Shown here one piece after another: positions 15,312-24,855 of a DNA stretch of 64,000 nt. The stretch spans positions 838-64,837 of the forward strand of contig CAYTPZ010000007.1 of the NCBI GenBank assembly GCA_964440095.1, in the 5' to 3' direction. The notes beneath the pieces were generated by a model. It made no database searches. It was not told the DNA's origin and worked only from the letters and a program-made list of their open reading frames with translations. Each line of letters starts with the position of its first letter. The stretch's first letter is position 1. Position numbers and translations under genes: made by a program. This DNA comes from an uncultured bacterium. Its GTDB lineage: Bacteria > Krumholzibacteriota > Krumholzibacteriia > JACNKJ01.

Positions 15312-16146
15312 TCGAGGTTTCTGGCGCACTTTCGGAGTGCGTCTGCTGGCCGCCATGGTGTTGCTGCCCCTTTTCATCTTCTCGGCCCTATGGGGCGGAT
15401 GGTGGTTCTTCGGCTTTACAGCTCTGGCTGTCATTCTGCTCACACGAGAATTCGGCCAGTTGGCTGCGGCGCGCGGCGTGCGCGGTATCTATCCCGAACT
15501 GCTGCCATTTCAACTGATCATCCTGCTGGCCTTTCACCGTGGGGGAGCCGAGCGCGGCGGCGAGATGGCCGGCTTCCTCATCCTCATGCTTCTGGTTTGG
15601 GCGGCCCTGCGCGGTCGAATCGAGGGCGCCTGGGAGCGGGTCGGTGCGCGACTGCTGGCTCTGTTCTACCTGGCCTGGTTGCCTGGACACTGGATTCTGC
15701 TGCGCAACTTGGGCGAGCAGATGGGATTTCCCGCCGAAGCCGCCGGCAAGTGGCTGCTCTTCGGTGCGGGGCTCATCTGGTTGGGAGATACGGGAGCCTA
15801 TCTTATCGGCAGCCTTTTCGGGCGACATTCCTTGGGCACGCCCGTTAGCCCGAACAAATCGGTGGAAGGGGCCTTGGGAGGGCTGGCCACCTCTCTCGTC
15901 GCAGCCTGGTTCCTACGTGAGGCCTGGATGCCCTTCCTCACCGGCATGCAGGCTCTGAGCCTGGGATTCACGGTGGCCCTGGCCGGGCAGGTGGGGGACC
16001 TGTTCGAATCCCTGCTCAAACGTGGGGCCGGCAGCAAGGACAGCGGCACGGCTATTCCGGGCCATGGCGGCTTTCTGGACCGTCTGGACAGCATGCTCTT
16101 CGGATTCCCCATGCTTTACTACTTCCTCACCTGGGTTATCTTCTAA
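15301..16146 (+). CDS. cdsA: Phosphatidate cytidylyltransferase
   Basis: WLGDTGAY..G..FG...VSPNKSVEG...GDLFESLLKR....KDSG..IPGHGGFLDRLDS. Confidence 0.95.
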   Translation: MASDRGFWRTFGVRLLAAMVLLPLFIFSALWGGWWFFGFTALAVILLTREFGQLAAARGVRGIYPELLPFQLIILLAFHRGGAERGGEMAGFLILMLLVWAALRGRIEGAWERVGARLLALFYLAWLPGHWILLRNLGEQMGFPAEAAGKWLLFGAGLIWLGDTGAYLIGSLFGRHSLGTPVSPNKSVEGALGGLATSLVAAWFLREAWMPFLTGMQALSLGFTVALAGQVGDLFESLLKRGAGSKDSGTAIPGHGGFLDRLDSMLFGFPMLYYFLTWVIF

Positions 16147-16149
16147 TCT

Positions 16150-17328
16150 ATGAAGGATCTGCTCCTTTTCGGCGCCTCCGGTTCCATTGGAGGTAGCACC
16201 CTTTCGGTGCTTCGTGAACACCCCGACCAGTTCGCGCTGGCTGGCCTTGCCGTGAACAGCAGCACCCATGAACTGGCCGATTGGATCGCCGAGTTCGCTC
16301 CCCGGCAAGTGGCCATCGACGATGTTTCCGCCCGTGAGGCTTGGCGCGAGTCACACCCCGACCTGGCCGCCCGCTATCTTTTGGATGGTCCCGCCGAGGC
16401 CTTGCTGGATCTAACCGCCCATCGTGTGCTCAATGCCGTGACGGGATTCGCGGGCCTGAAGATCACCCTGGAGGCCGTGGAGCGCGGCTTGGACGTGGCT
16501 CTGGCCAATAAGGAATCCTTGGTCTGCGGGGGCAGCTACCTGCTTGAGCGGGTGGCGGGAAGCAGTAGCCATCTACTTCCGGTGGACAGCGAACACGCCG
16601 CACTTTTTCAACTGCTTGAGGGGCGCGATCCCAATACGGTCGATCGCCTGATTCTCACCGCATCCGGCGGGCCTTTCTGGAAACTTCCAGCAGGGGATTG
16701 GAGTTCGATCACACCGGAGCAGGCGCTCCGTCACCCCACCTGGAAAATGGGACCGCGAATCACCATCGACTCGGCGACCCTGTTCAACAAGGGATTGGAA
16801 GTGATCGAAGCGGCCATGCTGTTTGACATGCCGGAAGGTCGCATCGAAGTGCTTGTGCATCCCCAGTCTCAAGTGCATGCCCTGCTTGCGCTCAAAGATG
16901 GCTCCACCCTGGCTCAAATGGCGGCCCCGGATATGCGCCTGCCCATCCACCAGATGCTGGCCTGGCCGGAAAAAGCAGTGGGGGAATACGGGCGGAACGA
17001 CTTCGGAAGTTACCTTGAGGTGAGCTTTGAACCTGTTGATAATGATAGATTTCCATCGCTTGGCCTGGCTCGACAATGCCTCCGCCAGGGGGGCACTTCG
17101 GCACTGGCCCTCAATGCCGCAGACGAGGTGGCCGTGGCCGCTTTCCTGGATGGGCGACTCGATTTTCCGGGCATCTTCCAGACTGTTGAGGCCGTATTGG
17201 ATGCGGGCGGCTTCTCGGCCGCCGGATCCTGGACCGACTTACTCGCCGCCGACCAAAGGGCGCGAAACCTAGCCACTGAGTATATCTCCGCCCCAAGCGG
17301 CCGGGCTAAGAAAGAGGCAGACGCATGA
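16150..17328 (+). CDS. dxr: 1-deoxy-D-xylulose 5-phosphate reductoisomerase
   Basis: GASGSIG, ALANKESLV, LPVDSEH, LTASGGPF, HPTWKMG..ITIDSATLFNKGLEVIEA. Confidence 0.96.
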   Translation: MKDLLLFGASGSIGGSTLSVLREHPDQFALAGLAVNSSTHELADWIAEFAPRQVAIDDVSAREAWRESHPDLAARYLLDGPAEALLDLTAHRVLNAVTGFAGLKITLEAVERGLDVALANKESLVCGGSYLLERVAGSSSHLLPVDSEHAALFQLLEGRDPNTVDRLILTASGGPFWKLPAGDWSSITPEQALRHPTWKMGPRITIDSATLFNKGLEVIEAAMLFDMPEGRIEVLVHPQSQVHALLALKDGSTLAQMAAPDMRLPIHQMLAWPEKAVGEYGRNDFGSYLEVSFEPVDNDRFPSLGLARQCLRQGGTSALALNAADEVAVAAFLDGRLDFPGIFQTVEAVLDAGGFSAAGSWTDLLAADQRARNLATEYISAPSGRAKKEADA

Positions 17329-18647
17329 TTCTCACCACCCTCCTGGCCGGTGTTTTCACCATCGGCGTTATCATCATCGTGCATGAGCTGGGACACTTCC
17401 TCGCGGCAAGGGCGGTGGGAATCCACGTACACCGTTTTTCCGTGGGCATGGGGCCGGTGATCCTGCGCATGCGGGGCTTCGGCACCGAGTGGGCACTCAG
17501 CCTGCTGCCCTTGGGCGGATATGTTCGCATGGCCGGCATGGAACTGGCGCCCATGGAGGGAGGCGAGTTCGACGAAACCACCCTGCCGCCTGAAAGTCTT
17601 TATCGCAACAAGTCACTCGGCGCCCGCTTCCTCGCCATCATCGGGGGGCCGCTGGCGAACCTGCTTTTGGCGGCGCTCATCAGTATCGGCCTGCTCTGGG
17701 CCGGGGGCGAAACCATTTATCCGACTACCTGGCTCGCAGATCCCACGGAGGACAGCCCCGCGGCGGCCTTGGACATCCAGCGTGGTGATCGCCTGGCTCG
17801 TGTGGCGGGCGAGGACGTGGAAGACTGGAATGCGGTCGATCGCCTTCTCCGTGCCGATGAGAGCAGCCCCGTGTCCATCGTGGTGGATCGCGAAGGCCGC
17901 ATGCTGAATCTGTCCATCGTACGTCCCGAAGAAGGTCTGGGTTGGGGGCTTATTCCGCTCTTCGATAATCGTGTGGGGCGCGTGCTCAAAGACGGGCCCG
18001 CCTTCGAAGCGGGCCTGCGCGAGGGAGATGCCATCGTCGAGGTGCATGGCCAGCCCGTTCACTTTTTCGAGGAAATCGCCGAGATCATCAACACCCGGGC
18101 GGGGGAAGAAACCCTGATTCGCTGGGACCATGAGGGAACTCTCATGGAGGCGCGGCTCACCCCCGAGGCCAGCGAAGTTCCCAATCCCGACGGCAGCGTG
18201 GAGACCATTGGCCGCATTTTCTTCGAGCCCTATCTGGGAAGCAGGCCCATCGGACTTGCGGGAGCGGTGACCGGTGGCCTCGACCGCACCTTTGGCTATG
18301 TGGCTCTGACCTTGGACTTCCTGAAGGAGGCGATTTTCTTTCGGGTAAGCGCCGACGCGGTGGGTGGACCCATCGCTATATTTCAGATGGCGGGGCAGAT
18401 GGCCGGCTGGGGATTCGAGAACCTGCTCTTCTTCATCGCCTTCTTCAGCACCCAGCTCTTCCTGCTGAATCTCCTGCCCATTCCGGTGCTCGACGGCGGC
18501 CATATCATACTGATGATTCCGGAGCTCTTCGGCCGCGAGGTTTCCGAGAATCTCAGACTCAGGCTGACCCAGGCCGGCCTAGTGTTGTTGCTGGGAATCA
18601 TCGTGCTGGTGGTCTTCAACGATCTGCGGAGAATCATTGGAGGGTAG
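17325..18647 (+). CDS. rseP: RIP metalloprotease RseP with two PDZ domains
   Basis: HELGH, LLPLGGYVRM, and NLLPIPVLDGGH. Confidence 0.95.
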   Translation: MILTTLLAGVFTIGVIIIVHELGHFLAARAVGIHVHRFSVGMGPVILRMRGFGTEWALSLLPLGGYVRMAGMELAPMEGGEFDETTLPPESLYRNKSLGARFLAIIGGPLANLLLAALISIGLLWAGGETIYPTTWLADPTEDSPAAALDIQRGDRLARVAGEDVEDWNAVDRLLRADESSPVSIVVDREGRMLNLSIVRPEEGLGWGLIPLFDNRVGRVLKDGPAFEAGLREGDAIVEVHGQPVHFFEEIAEIINTRAGEETLIRWDHEGTLMEARLTPEASEVPNPDGSVETIGRIFFEPYLGSRPIGLAGAVTGGLDRTFGYVALTLDFLKEAIFFRVSADAVGGPIAIFQMAGQMAGWGFENLLFFIAFFSTQLFLLNLLPIPVLDGGHIILMIPELFGREVSENLRLRLTQAGLVLLLGIIVLVVFNDLRRIIGG

Positions 18648-18653
18648 AAGCGT

Positions 18654-18992
18654 CTAGGGCTCCATAAGGTCGATGCGCCGCTGAATCTCCTGGAAGATGA
18701 TTCGCCAGCGCTCCGGATTCTCGCGGGAGATGCGCTCGGAAATATCCATGACCGAATCAACGGGGATTTCCAGGGCTAGGGCTTCCAGAACGCTGTCAGC
18801 CTCGGCCATGCCTTCTACGGCCAAGCCCCGGACTTCCACGACGCGGAGATACTGCTCCACGAGGAAGAGCTCCTGGGCCTCAAGCTTCGGCGGCGCCTCT
18901 TCGGGATCTGGAGTCGGACCGCATCCGGCTAAAAGGGCCAATGCGGAGATAAATGTAAGGACAGCTTTCAAGCCGGTGGTATAGTTGCTCAC
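18654..18992 (-). CDS. Small hypothetical lipoprotein
   Basis: GTG start, hydrophobic stretch and lipobox LLAG-C. Fills the gap between rseP and the tamA-like gene on the opposite strand. Confidence 0.55.
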   Translation of the reverse strand: MSNYTTGLKAVLTFISALALLAGCGPTPDPEEAPPKLEAQELFLVEQYLRVVEVRGLAVEGMAEADSVLEALALEIPVDSVMDISERISRENPERWRIIFQEIQRRIDLMEP

Positions 18993-19030
18993 GTTGCACC
19001 CCCGGCGCAGTTTAGACGAGGCCAAACGGG

Positions 19031-21010
19031 ATGTCAAAGACGGGGCTCCCAATCTTGCGTCTGGCCCTTGTGGTCAGCCTGGTCGTTTTCCTTTCCGTTT
19101 CGGCGGAAGAGGGGCGGTCCACCTATGTGGAATCGGTCCATTTCGAAGGAAACGAAACCCTATCCGGTGATGAATTGCGTCAGGTCATGCGCACCCGCGA
19201 ACGCGGCCTGCTGCAGCTGACCCATCCCAATTTCAATCCCGAGTACATGCGCAGCGATCTGGCTCGCCTGGAAGCGCTCTACCATCGCGCAGGTTTTTAT
19301 GAAGCGCGGGTTTGGTCCGATCCGGAAAGCGACATCACACTTCGCCCGGTGGGAGAAACGCGTAACGCGGCTGAACTGACCATCCACATTGAAGAGGGTC
19401 GGCGGCGGCATCTACGCCGGCGCATTTTTCAGCCGCCTCTGGGTGCTCTGGGAGAGGGCCTGGCCCCTCGGCTGAAACTCAAGCCGGGAGATCCCTTCAA
19501 TCCGCGTGCGGTAGACAGCGAAGGTTCGCGCATTTTGCGTTTCTTGCAGAGCAGCGGATACTTTGCCGCGCAAATCAGCACTCGCATGGAATTGCTCGAT
19601 GCGCCCAGTTACGCATCCACCGATTCCGTGGATCTCATCTTCCAGCTTCGCCCTGGTCCCCGGGGATTTTTGCGCGAGATCCAAATTGAGGGCAGCACTC
19701 TGCCCGACGCCTTCCTGCTCCAGGAAATGCGCGTGAATATAGACGAGGTTCTTCTACTGGAAGATCTGCTTTTGAGCGAACAGAATTTGCTCGATACGGG
19801 ACTCTTCCGGTCGGCACTCTATCGCATCGAATCTCTCGGGCCCGAAGAGACCGGCACTGAGGGCCTGCGTCTTGTCTGGAGCCTGCGCGAGCGCGATCGA
19901 GGCGCCATGGAATTGGGTGCGGGATATGGTAGCCAGGATGGCTATCGTCTGCTGGGCGGGTGGACTCATCGCAACTTCGGATATCCCGGCGGTCGTATCA
20001 GTTTAGAGACCCTGCACAATCTCAAGGAAGATAGTAAGAACGTATTCGGTCCCAGCTTCGAAAGACAGGTGCTCGAGTACCAGGTGCGCAACGTGATACG
20101 GGCGGGCAATCATCTGGGCATCGACCTTTTTCGGGAGAAGGACTACGAGCAGCTTAGCGGTCTCTACAGCCTAGAGTCCTTGGCTTTTCGAATCACGCTC
20201 TTCCGGCGCCTCAGCCCCAATGTTGTGCTGCGCCTTCGCGAGCAGCAGCGCGTGGGCACCCAGACTCTTTTGGAAAGCAGCGACGAGGGGGACCCTCGCT
20301 ACCTCACACGCTCCTTTGCCACCTTGCTGGAGCAGGACCGGCGGGATCACTATCTGCATCCCAAGCGGGGAGATCAGATTCTCGCCAGCTATGAGATCGC
20401 GGGGGGCTGGCAGGGCGGCGACCATCATTTCCAGAAGATCAAACTCAGTGGCCGTTGGTACGACGGCTGGCGCAGCGGCGTGCTGGCTTCCAGGCTTTCC
20501 CTTTCCTGGGTGGGTGCTTACGGCAAGAGCCAGGATGTAGAACTCACGGGTGTGCCCGAGGACGGCATTCCCTACGAAGAGCGCTTCTACTGCGGCGGAT
20601 CCCACACCGTGCGCGGCTATGAGAATTCGAGTCTGGGCCCAAGGCGAGATCCCGATCTGGATCCCGGTGAAGGTAACGCCCAGGGCGGACGTTTCATGTT
20701 CGTGGGCAATCTGGAATGGCGACGCTCATTGGCTGGCCTCATGCCCTTCCGCTGGAGCAAGGGGCTGGGCGCGTCCGTTTTCCTGGACGCGGGCAACAGC
20801 TGGTTGAGCCCGACAGAAATCGCCATCGATCGCTTGCTTCCCTGGGATGGAGATTCCGACGATAACCTGCGTCTCTTCTGGGGCACGGGATTCGGCATTT
20901 ACTATGTCACTCCCGTCACGGTTCTGCGACTGGATCTGGGATTCCCCGCCAGTTGGGTGGAAGATCGCGGCGGCATCGTTTGGCACCTTAGCCTGGGACA
21001 TTCCTTCTGA
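19031..21010 (+). CDS. Omp85/TamA-like outer-membrane protein (POTRA repeats plus barrel)
   Basis: POTRA motifs (VHFEGNETLSGDEL, LEALYHRAGFYEA). Barrel motifs FYCGGSHTVRGY and FLDAGN...GTGFGI..VTPV..LRLDLG. Ends LGHSF. Confidence 0.85.
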   Translation: MSKTGLPILRLALVVSLVVFLSVSAEEGRSTYVESVHFEGNETLSGDELRQVMRTRERGLLQLTHPNFNPEYMRSDLARLEALYHRAGFYEARVWSDPESDITLRPVGETRNAAELTIHIEEGRRRHLRRRIFQPPLGALGEGLAPRLKLKPGDPFNPRAVDSEGSRILRFLQSSGYFAAQISTRMELLDAPSYASTDSVDLIFQLRPGPRGFLREIQIEGSTLPDAFLLQEMRVNIDEVLLLEDLLLSEQNLLDTGLFRSALYRIESLGPEETGTEGLRLVWSLRERDRGAMELGAGYGSQDGYRLLGGWTHRNFGYPGGRISLETLHNLKEDSKNVFGPSFERQVLEYQVRNVIRAGNHLGIDLFREKDYEQLSGLYSLESLAFRITLFRRLSPNVVLRLREQQRVGTQTLLESSDEGDPRYLTRSFATLLEQDRRDHYLHPKRGDQILASYEIAGGWQGGDHHFQKIKLSGRWYDGWRSGVLASRLSLSWVGAYGKSQDVELTGVPEDGIPYEERFYCGGSHTVRGYENSSLGPRRDPDLDPGEGNAQGGRFMFVGNLEWRRSLAGLMPFRWSKGLGASVFLDAGNSWLSPTEIAIDRLLPWDGDSDDNLRLFWGTGFGIYYVTPVTVLRLDLGFPASWVEDRGGIVWHLSLGHSF

Positions 21011-24000
21011 TGCGGCGGCGAATGAAACAGTCGACCCTGGTGGCCCTTGCCCTGATTTTGATCACGGCATTTGGGCTTGTCCTCAAGTTCAAAAACTCCT
21101 GGGTGGCTTCCCGCATTGCCGGGCTGGCTACCACGAATCTACTCGCCGACGCCGGTTATGAAATGAGCCTGGAAGGCATTGCCTGGCGTCCGGGAGGCGG
21201 TATCACATTGCGTGAGCCGCGCATTCATTATGGGGGAGAGCATCGGGAGCCTTTCGACCTCTTCGAGGCCGAGAGTATGAGCATGCAGGTTCGCCTGCGA
21301 AGTCTCTTCAAGGGCAATCTTGTGAGCCGGAGTGTCACCTTAAATGGAGCGGTGCTTCGCGCCTTCCCGGTTGAAGCTGAAGGATGGGGTTATCCCGGGC
21401 TCGACGAGGAAGGGCAGGAGCCCAGCGAGGCTCAGGTGATTCTGGAATCCGTCAGCCTGAATGACTTCCTCCTGCTCAGGCCGGGTGAAGCGGGCCTGGA
21501 CAGCTTGCGTATTCGGGCTGCGCACTTCGCATTCCTTCGCGCCGCGAGTGGTATGCAGGTGAGCATCCACTCTCTGGCCGGTCGCTTACCTTCGGGTTTG
21601 GATGTCTTGGCCTTGGCCGGCGAACTGAATCTGCATGATGAGCATTTGCGTCTCCAGTCCGTATCGATGACGCTTCCGGGTAGCGATTACGAGCTTGAAG
21701 GTGAATTGTTGCTGAGCGGCGGTCCCATGTTGGATCTCTCTGGCAGTGCTGACAGTCTTCGTCTCGATGAAGTGGCGGCACTTCTTGGTCAAAATCTGGA
21801 AACTGACAGCAGCCTCCGCGGTCGTTTCAACATTTCCGGACGTCCCGATAGCCTGCATCTGGCCGGTAAGATCAGCGGCAATCTCTACGATTTCAAACTG
21901 GATGACATGGAGCTTAGAAGTTTCTACGGCGGGCAGGGGCAGCTGAGTATTCGTGAAGCGAAGGGTCTCGTAAATCGCAATGCGGTCGAGGGCCGCGCGG
22001 ATTTCTCGCTACCCCATGACGATCTTCCTCTGCATTTGGATATCGAAGGTGAGGTGTCGCATTTCGATCTGGGCAAGTTCCTTGGGGGTGGGCCTCCAAG
22101 CGACCTGAGCGGTCGGGGAAGTTTGAGCGGCGGCGCGAGCGAGCTGAGCCTCAATTTCGAATTTGGGCCGGGCCAGTTCATGGATCTACCCTTCGCCGCC
22201 TGCGTGGCCGACATCGCGCTGCTAGGCGACAGTCTGAGCCTGCGCCACATTGTCGCCGAAGATGAGGGACTCGATATAGAATTGAGCGGGTGGGTCAAGC
22301 CCGAAGAAGAGACTCTGCTCATACGGGCCTCCGGCTCAAGCCGCTCCTCGGAATTGGCTCGCTACTTCAGCGCCGATTCCACCCTCACCGGCGACCTGGA
22401 TTTCACCCTGAAGATCAGCGGTCCCATTTTAGGTCCGGCTCTGGAAATGCAGGGTCCCTTCCGGGATGCCGTGTACATGGGCGCCCATGTGGACTCGGGA
22501 AGAGTGGAGATCCTCACCGAGGCTCTTGAATTGGAGCCTCTTAATCTGATACTTGAGGCGAATCACGTAAGCTATTGGAAATTCGACTTCAACAAGGGTT
22601 TCCTTCGGGCCAGGGTCCATCCTGACAGCCTGGAATTGGCCTATGCTTCTCTTGAGGGCGATCCTCTCAGTGTGACCCTGGCCGGATTCATCCCCCTGCA
22701 AACCCTGCCGCCCAGCGTCTCCTTCGAGCGCTTCTGGATTCACTATCAGGAGGAAGATTGGCTCAATGATCGCCCCTTCACCCTCCACCTGGGCGAGGCT
22801 CCACGAGTGGATGCCGTCGAGTTCCTCTCGGGTTCGGGGCGACTGGGTTTGGAGTGGCAACGTCATCATGGCGGTATCAGCGTGATGGATTGGAACGAGC
22901 TTAACTTCTCCATGTTCCGTCAGTGGCTGCCGCCCTTCCTGGCCGACATGGGCAAGTCGCGTGGACGTCTGCTGCTGGATTCCAGCGACCACCTCGATTT
23001 ACGCGTAGATCTGGAAGACCTTCGACTTCAGGGCCGCGACGACGGCAGCAATCAAGTGCGCGCTCGATGGGAGGGCGACTCTCTAAAGCTCGCCGTACTC
23101 CATTGGCGATTGCCCGACGACAGTTTCATCAAGGCGAGCGGCTGGATGGGCGGCCTGCCCAATCCGGGAGATCTTCTGGACGGCCTCGCCGAGATTCAAA
23201 AGGACTCTCTGAAGCTGGATCTCAACATGGATTTTGAAAGTTTCCCCTTAGAGCGTCTCATGACCTTCTATCCCGATTCCCTGGATCTGGCGGGACGTAT
23301 CACCGGCAATCTACATCTGCACGGCCCTCAAGATCTTCTGAGCCTGGAGAGCAGTGCGGAACTCGATTCCTTCCGCGCGGGGCCCGCGGCCTTGGACAAG
23401 ATTCGTTGGACTGCCAGTTCCCAGGGTCGAACCCTTAACTTGCATCGACTGGAGGCCCGGGTGGGCAGCGGTGAGGGCAGTGTGCTGGAAGCCCAGGTCT
23501 ACCTGCCCCTGGAATTGTCGCTCTTTGCGCCGCCCAAGCAAGATCCCGATGGCAAGCTGGGCGGAGAATTCGAATTCGTGGGGCGCCTCGAAGATTTCCA
23601 ACCCTTCCTCTCCCGTTGGCTGGCCGTGGCCGAAGGGGATATGGAGGCGCGAATCGCCCTGGCGGGCACGGCACGCGAGCCTGAACCGCGGGGGCGCATC
23701 GAACTGAAGCGTGGGAAGCTCCGGCCCATGGCCTGGGAAGAGGAGTTTGTGGATCTCTATGCCGAGGGCCGTGTGGAAGGCGACACGCTCTTCCTGGAAA
23801 AGGCGGAGTCGCGTGAAGGATTACGATTCGAGCGTGGGCGCAATGGACGGGTGACCGCTCAGGGTTGGCTCACCTGGCGTGGACCTCTTCGCTATGGGGC
23901 CAGCGCCATGGTTTCCAATTTTTCCTTGAGCACTCTTCCCATTTTCACGGGTGTTCTCAGCGGCGATCTGACCTTGAGCACCTATCTGGAAGAAGGCCTT

Positions 24001-24843
24001 CGCGAACATCCCTTCCTGGAGGGAAACTTTGAAGTTTCCCGCGGCGAATTGCACAACCTCGTGGAACAGACCGAGGTGGCTGCCGACGAGCCTGCGCCGC
24101 TATCTTATCGACTCGATCTCAGCAGCGATGGTGGCCTTTACCTGCGCGACGCCGAAGCCGATCTGGAATTGGCCGGAGACATCACCGTGACCAGCCTTCC
24201 CTCTGGCGACGATATCTCGGGTATCCTTGATATACGGCGCGGCCGTTACACGCTTTTCTGGCATGTCTTTCATCTGAATGAGGGAACACTCGACTTCAAT
24301 CGAGCCAAGGGGTTCAATCCCGAACTTTTCATCGTGGCTGAAACCGAAACACGCGATGACAAGATCACCCTCGAGATCACGGGCACTCTGGAAGAGCCCA
24401 AGGTGGGGGTGGAGAGCTCCTTGGGTTACAACGAGGAAGATGTGCTACGCATTCTCATCGGCGCGCCTCAAGGCGGGCAGGGATGGAGCGAAAGCAGCAC
24501 CGAAGCGGTAGGCGGTACGGTATCAAATCAGTTGGTGGGGCGTCTGGAGTCTTGGGCATCGGGTGAATTGTTTTCGGGGATTTTCGATACGGTCGAGATC
24601 GAGGGGAATCCGCTGAGCGCCCAGGAAACACGCTGGCAGGTGGGCAGATACCTGCCCGGCGGCTTCTACGTGACCTATAACCACGGTCTGAGTCTGGATT
24701 CCACCTGGGAGTTAGGCATGGAAAATCGACTCCTGGACTGGATGATCCTGCGCATGGAGCTTATCAATCGGGGTGAGGAATTGGGCGCCGAGACCCTGCC
24801 CAACGAATACAACTTCGATATACGATTCCGCTACGAATATTAG
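21010..24843 (+). CDS. TamB/AsmA-like translocation and assembly module protein (DUF490 C-terminus)
   Basis: N-terminal TM anchor and long beta-taco-like repeats. C-terminal G.L.F......NP.L...A...ITG.L..P...S...EEDVL..L...VGRYL...YVTY. Coupled to the TamA-like gene. Confidence 0.8.
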   Translation: MRRRMKQSTLVALALILITAFGLVLKFKNSWVASRIAGLATTNLLADAGYEMSLEGIAWRPGGGITLREPRIHYGGEHREPFDLFEAESMSMQVRLRSLFKGNLVSRSVTLNGAVLRAFPVEAEGWGYPGLDEEGQEPSEAQVILESVSLNDFLLLRPGEAGLDSLRIRAAHFAFLRAASGMQVSIHSLAGRLPSGLDVLALAGELNLHDEHLRLQSVSMTLPGSDYELEGELLLSGGPMLDLSGSADSLRLDEVAALLGQNLETDSSLRGRFNISGRPDSLHLAGKISGNLYDFKLDDMELRSFYGGQGQLSIREAKGLVNRNAVEGRADFSLPHDDLPLHLDIEGEVSHFDLGKFLGGGPPSDLSGRGSLSGGASELSLNFEFGPGQFMDLPFAACVADIALLGDSLSLRHIVAEDEGLDIELSGWVKPEEETLLIRASGSSRSSELARYFSADSTLTGDLDFTLKISGPILGPALEMQGPFRDAVYMGAHVDSGRVEILTEALELEPLNLILEANHVSYWKFDFNKGFLRARVHPDSLELAYASLEGDPLSVTLAGFIPLQTLPPSVSFERFWIHYQEEDWLNDRPFTLHLGEAPRVDAVEFLSGSGRLGLEWQRHHGGISVMDWNELNFSMFRQWLPPFLADMGKSRGRLLLDSSDHLDLRVDLEDLRLQGRDDGSNQVRARWEGDSLKLAVLHWRLPDDSFIKASGWMGGLPNPGDLLDGLAEIQKDSLKLDLNMDFESFPLERLMTFYPDSLDLAGRITGNLHLHGPQDLLSLESSAELDSFRAGPAALDKIRWTASSQGRTLNLHRLEARVGSGEGSVLEAQVYLPLELSLFAPPKQDPDGKLGGEFEFVGRLEDFQPFLSRWLAVAEGDMEARIALAGTAREPEPRGRIELKRGKLRPMAWEEEFVDLYAEGRVEGDTLFLEKAESREGLRFERGRNGRVTAQGWLTWRGPLRYGASAMVSNFSLSTLPIFTGVLSGDLTLSTYLEEGLREHPFLEGNFEVSRGELHNLVEQTEVAADEPAPLSYRLDLSSDGGLYLRDAEADLELAGDITVTSLPSGDDISGILDIRRGRYTLFWHVFHLNEGTLDFNRAKGFNPELFIVAETETRDDKITLEITGTLEEPKVGVESSLGYNEEDVLRILIGAPQGGQGWSESSTEAVGGTVSNQLVGRLESWASGELFSGIFDTVEIEGNPLSAQETRWQVGRYLPGGFYVTYNHGLSLDSTWELGMENRLLDWMILRMELINRGEELGAETLPNEYNFDIRFRYEY

Positions 24844-24855
24844 GCGAGGTTCACG

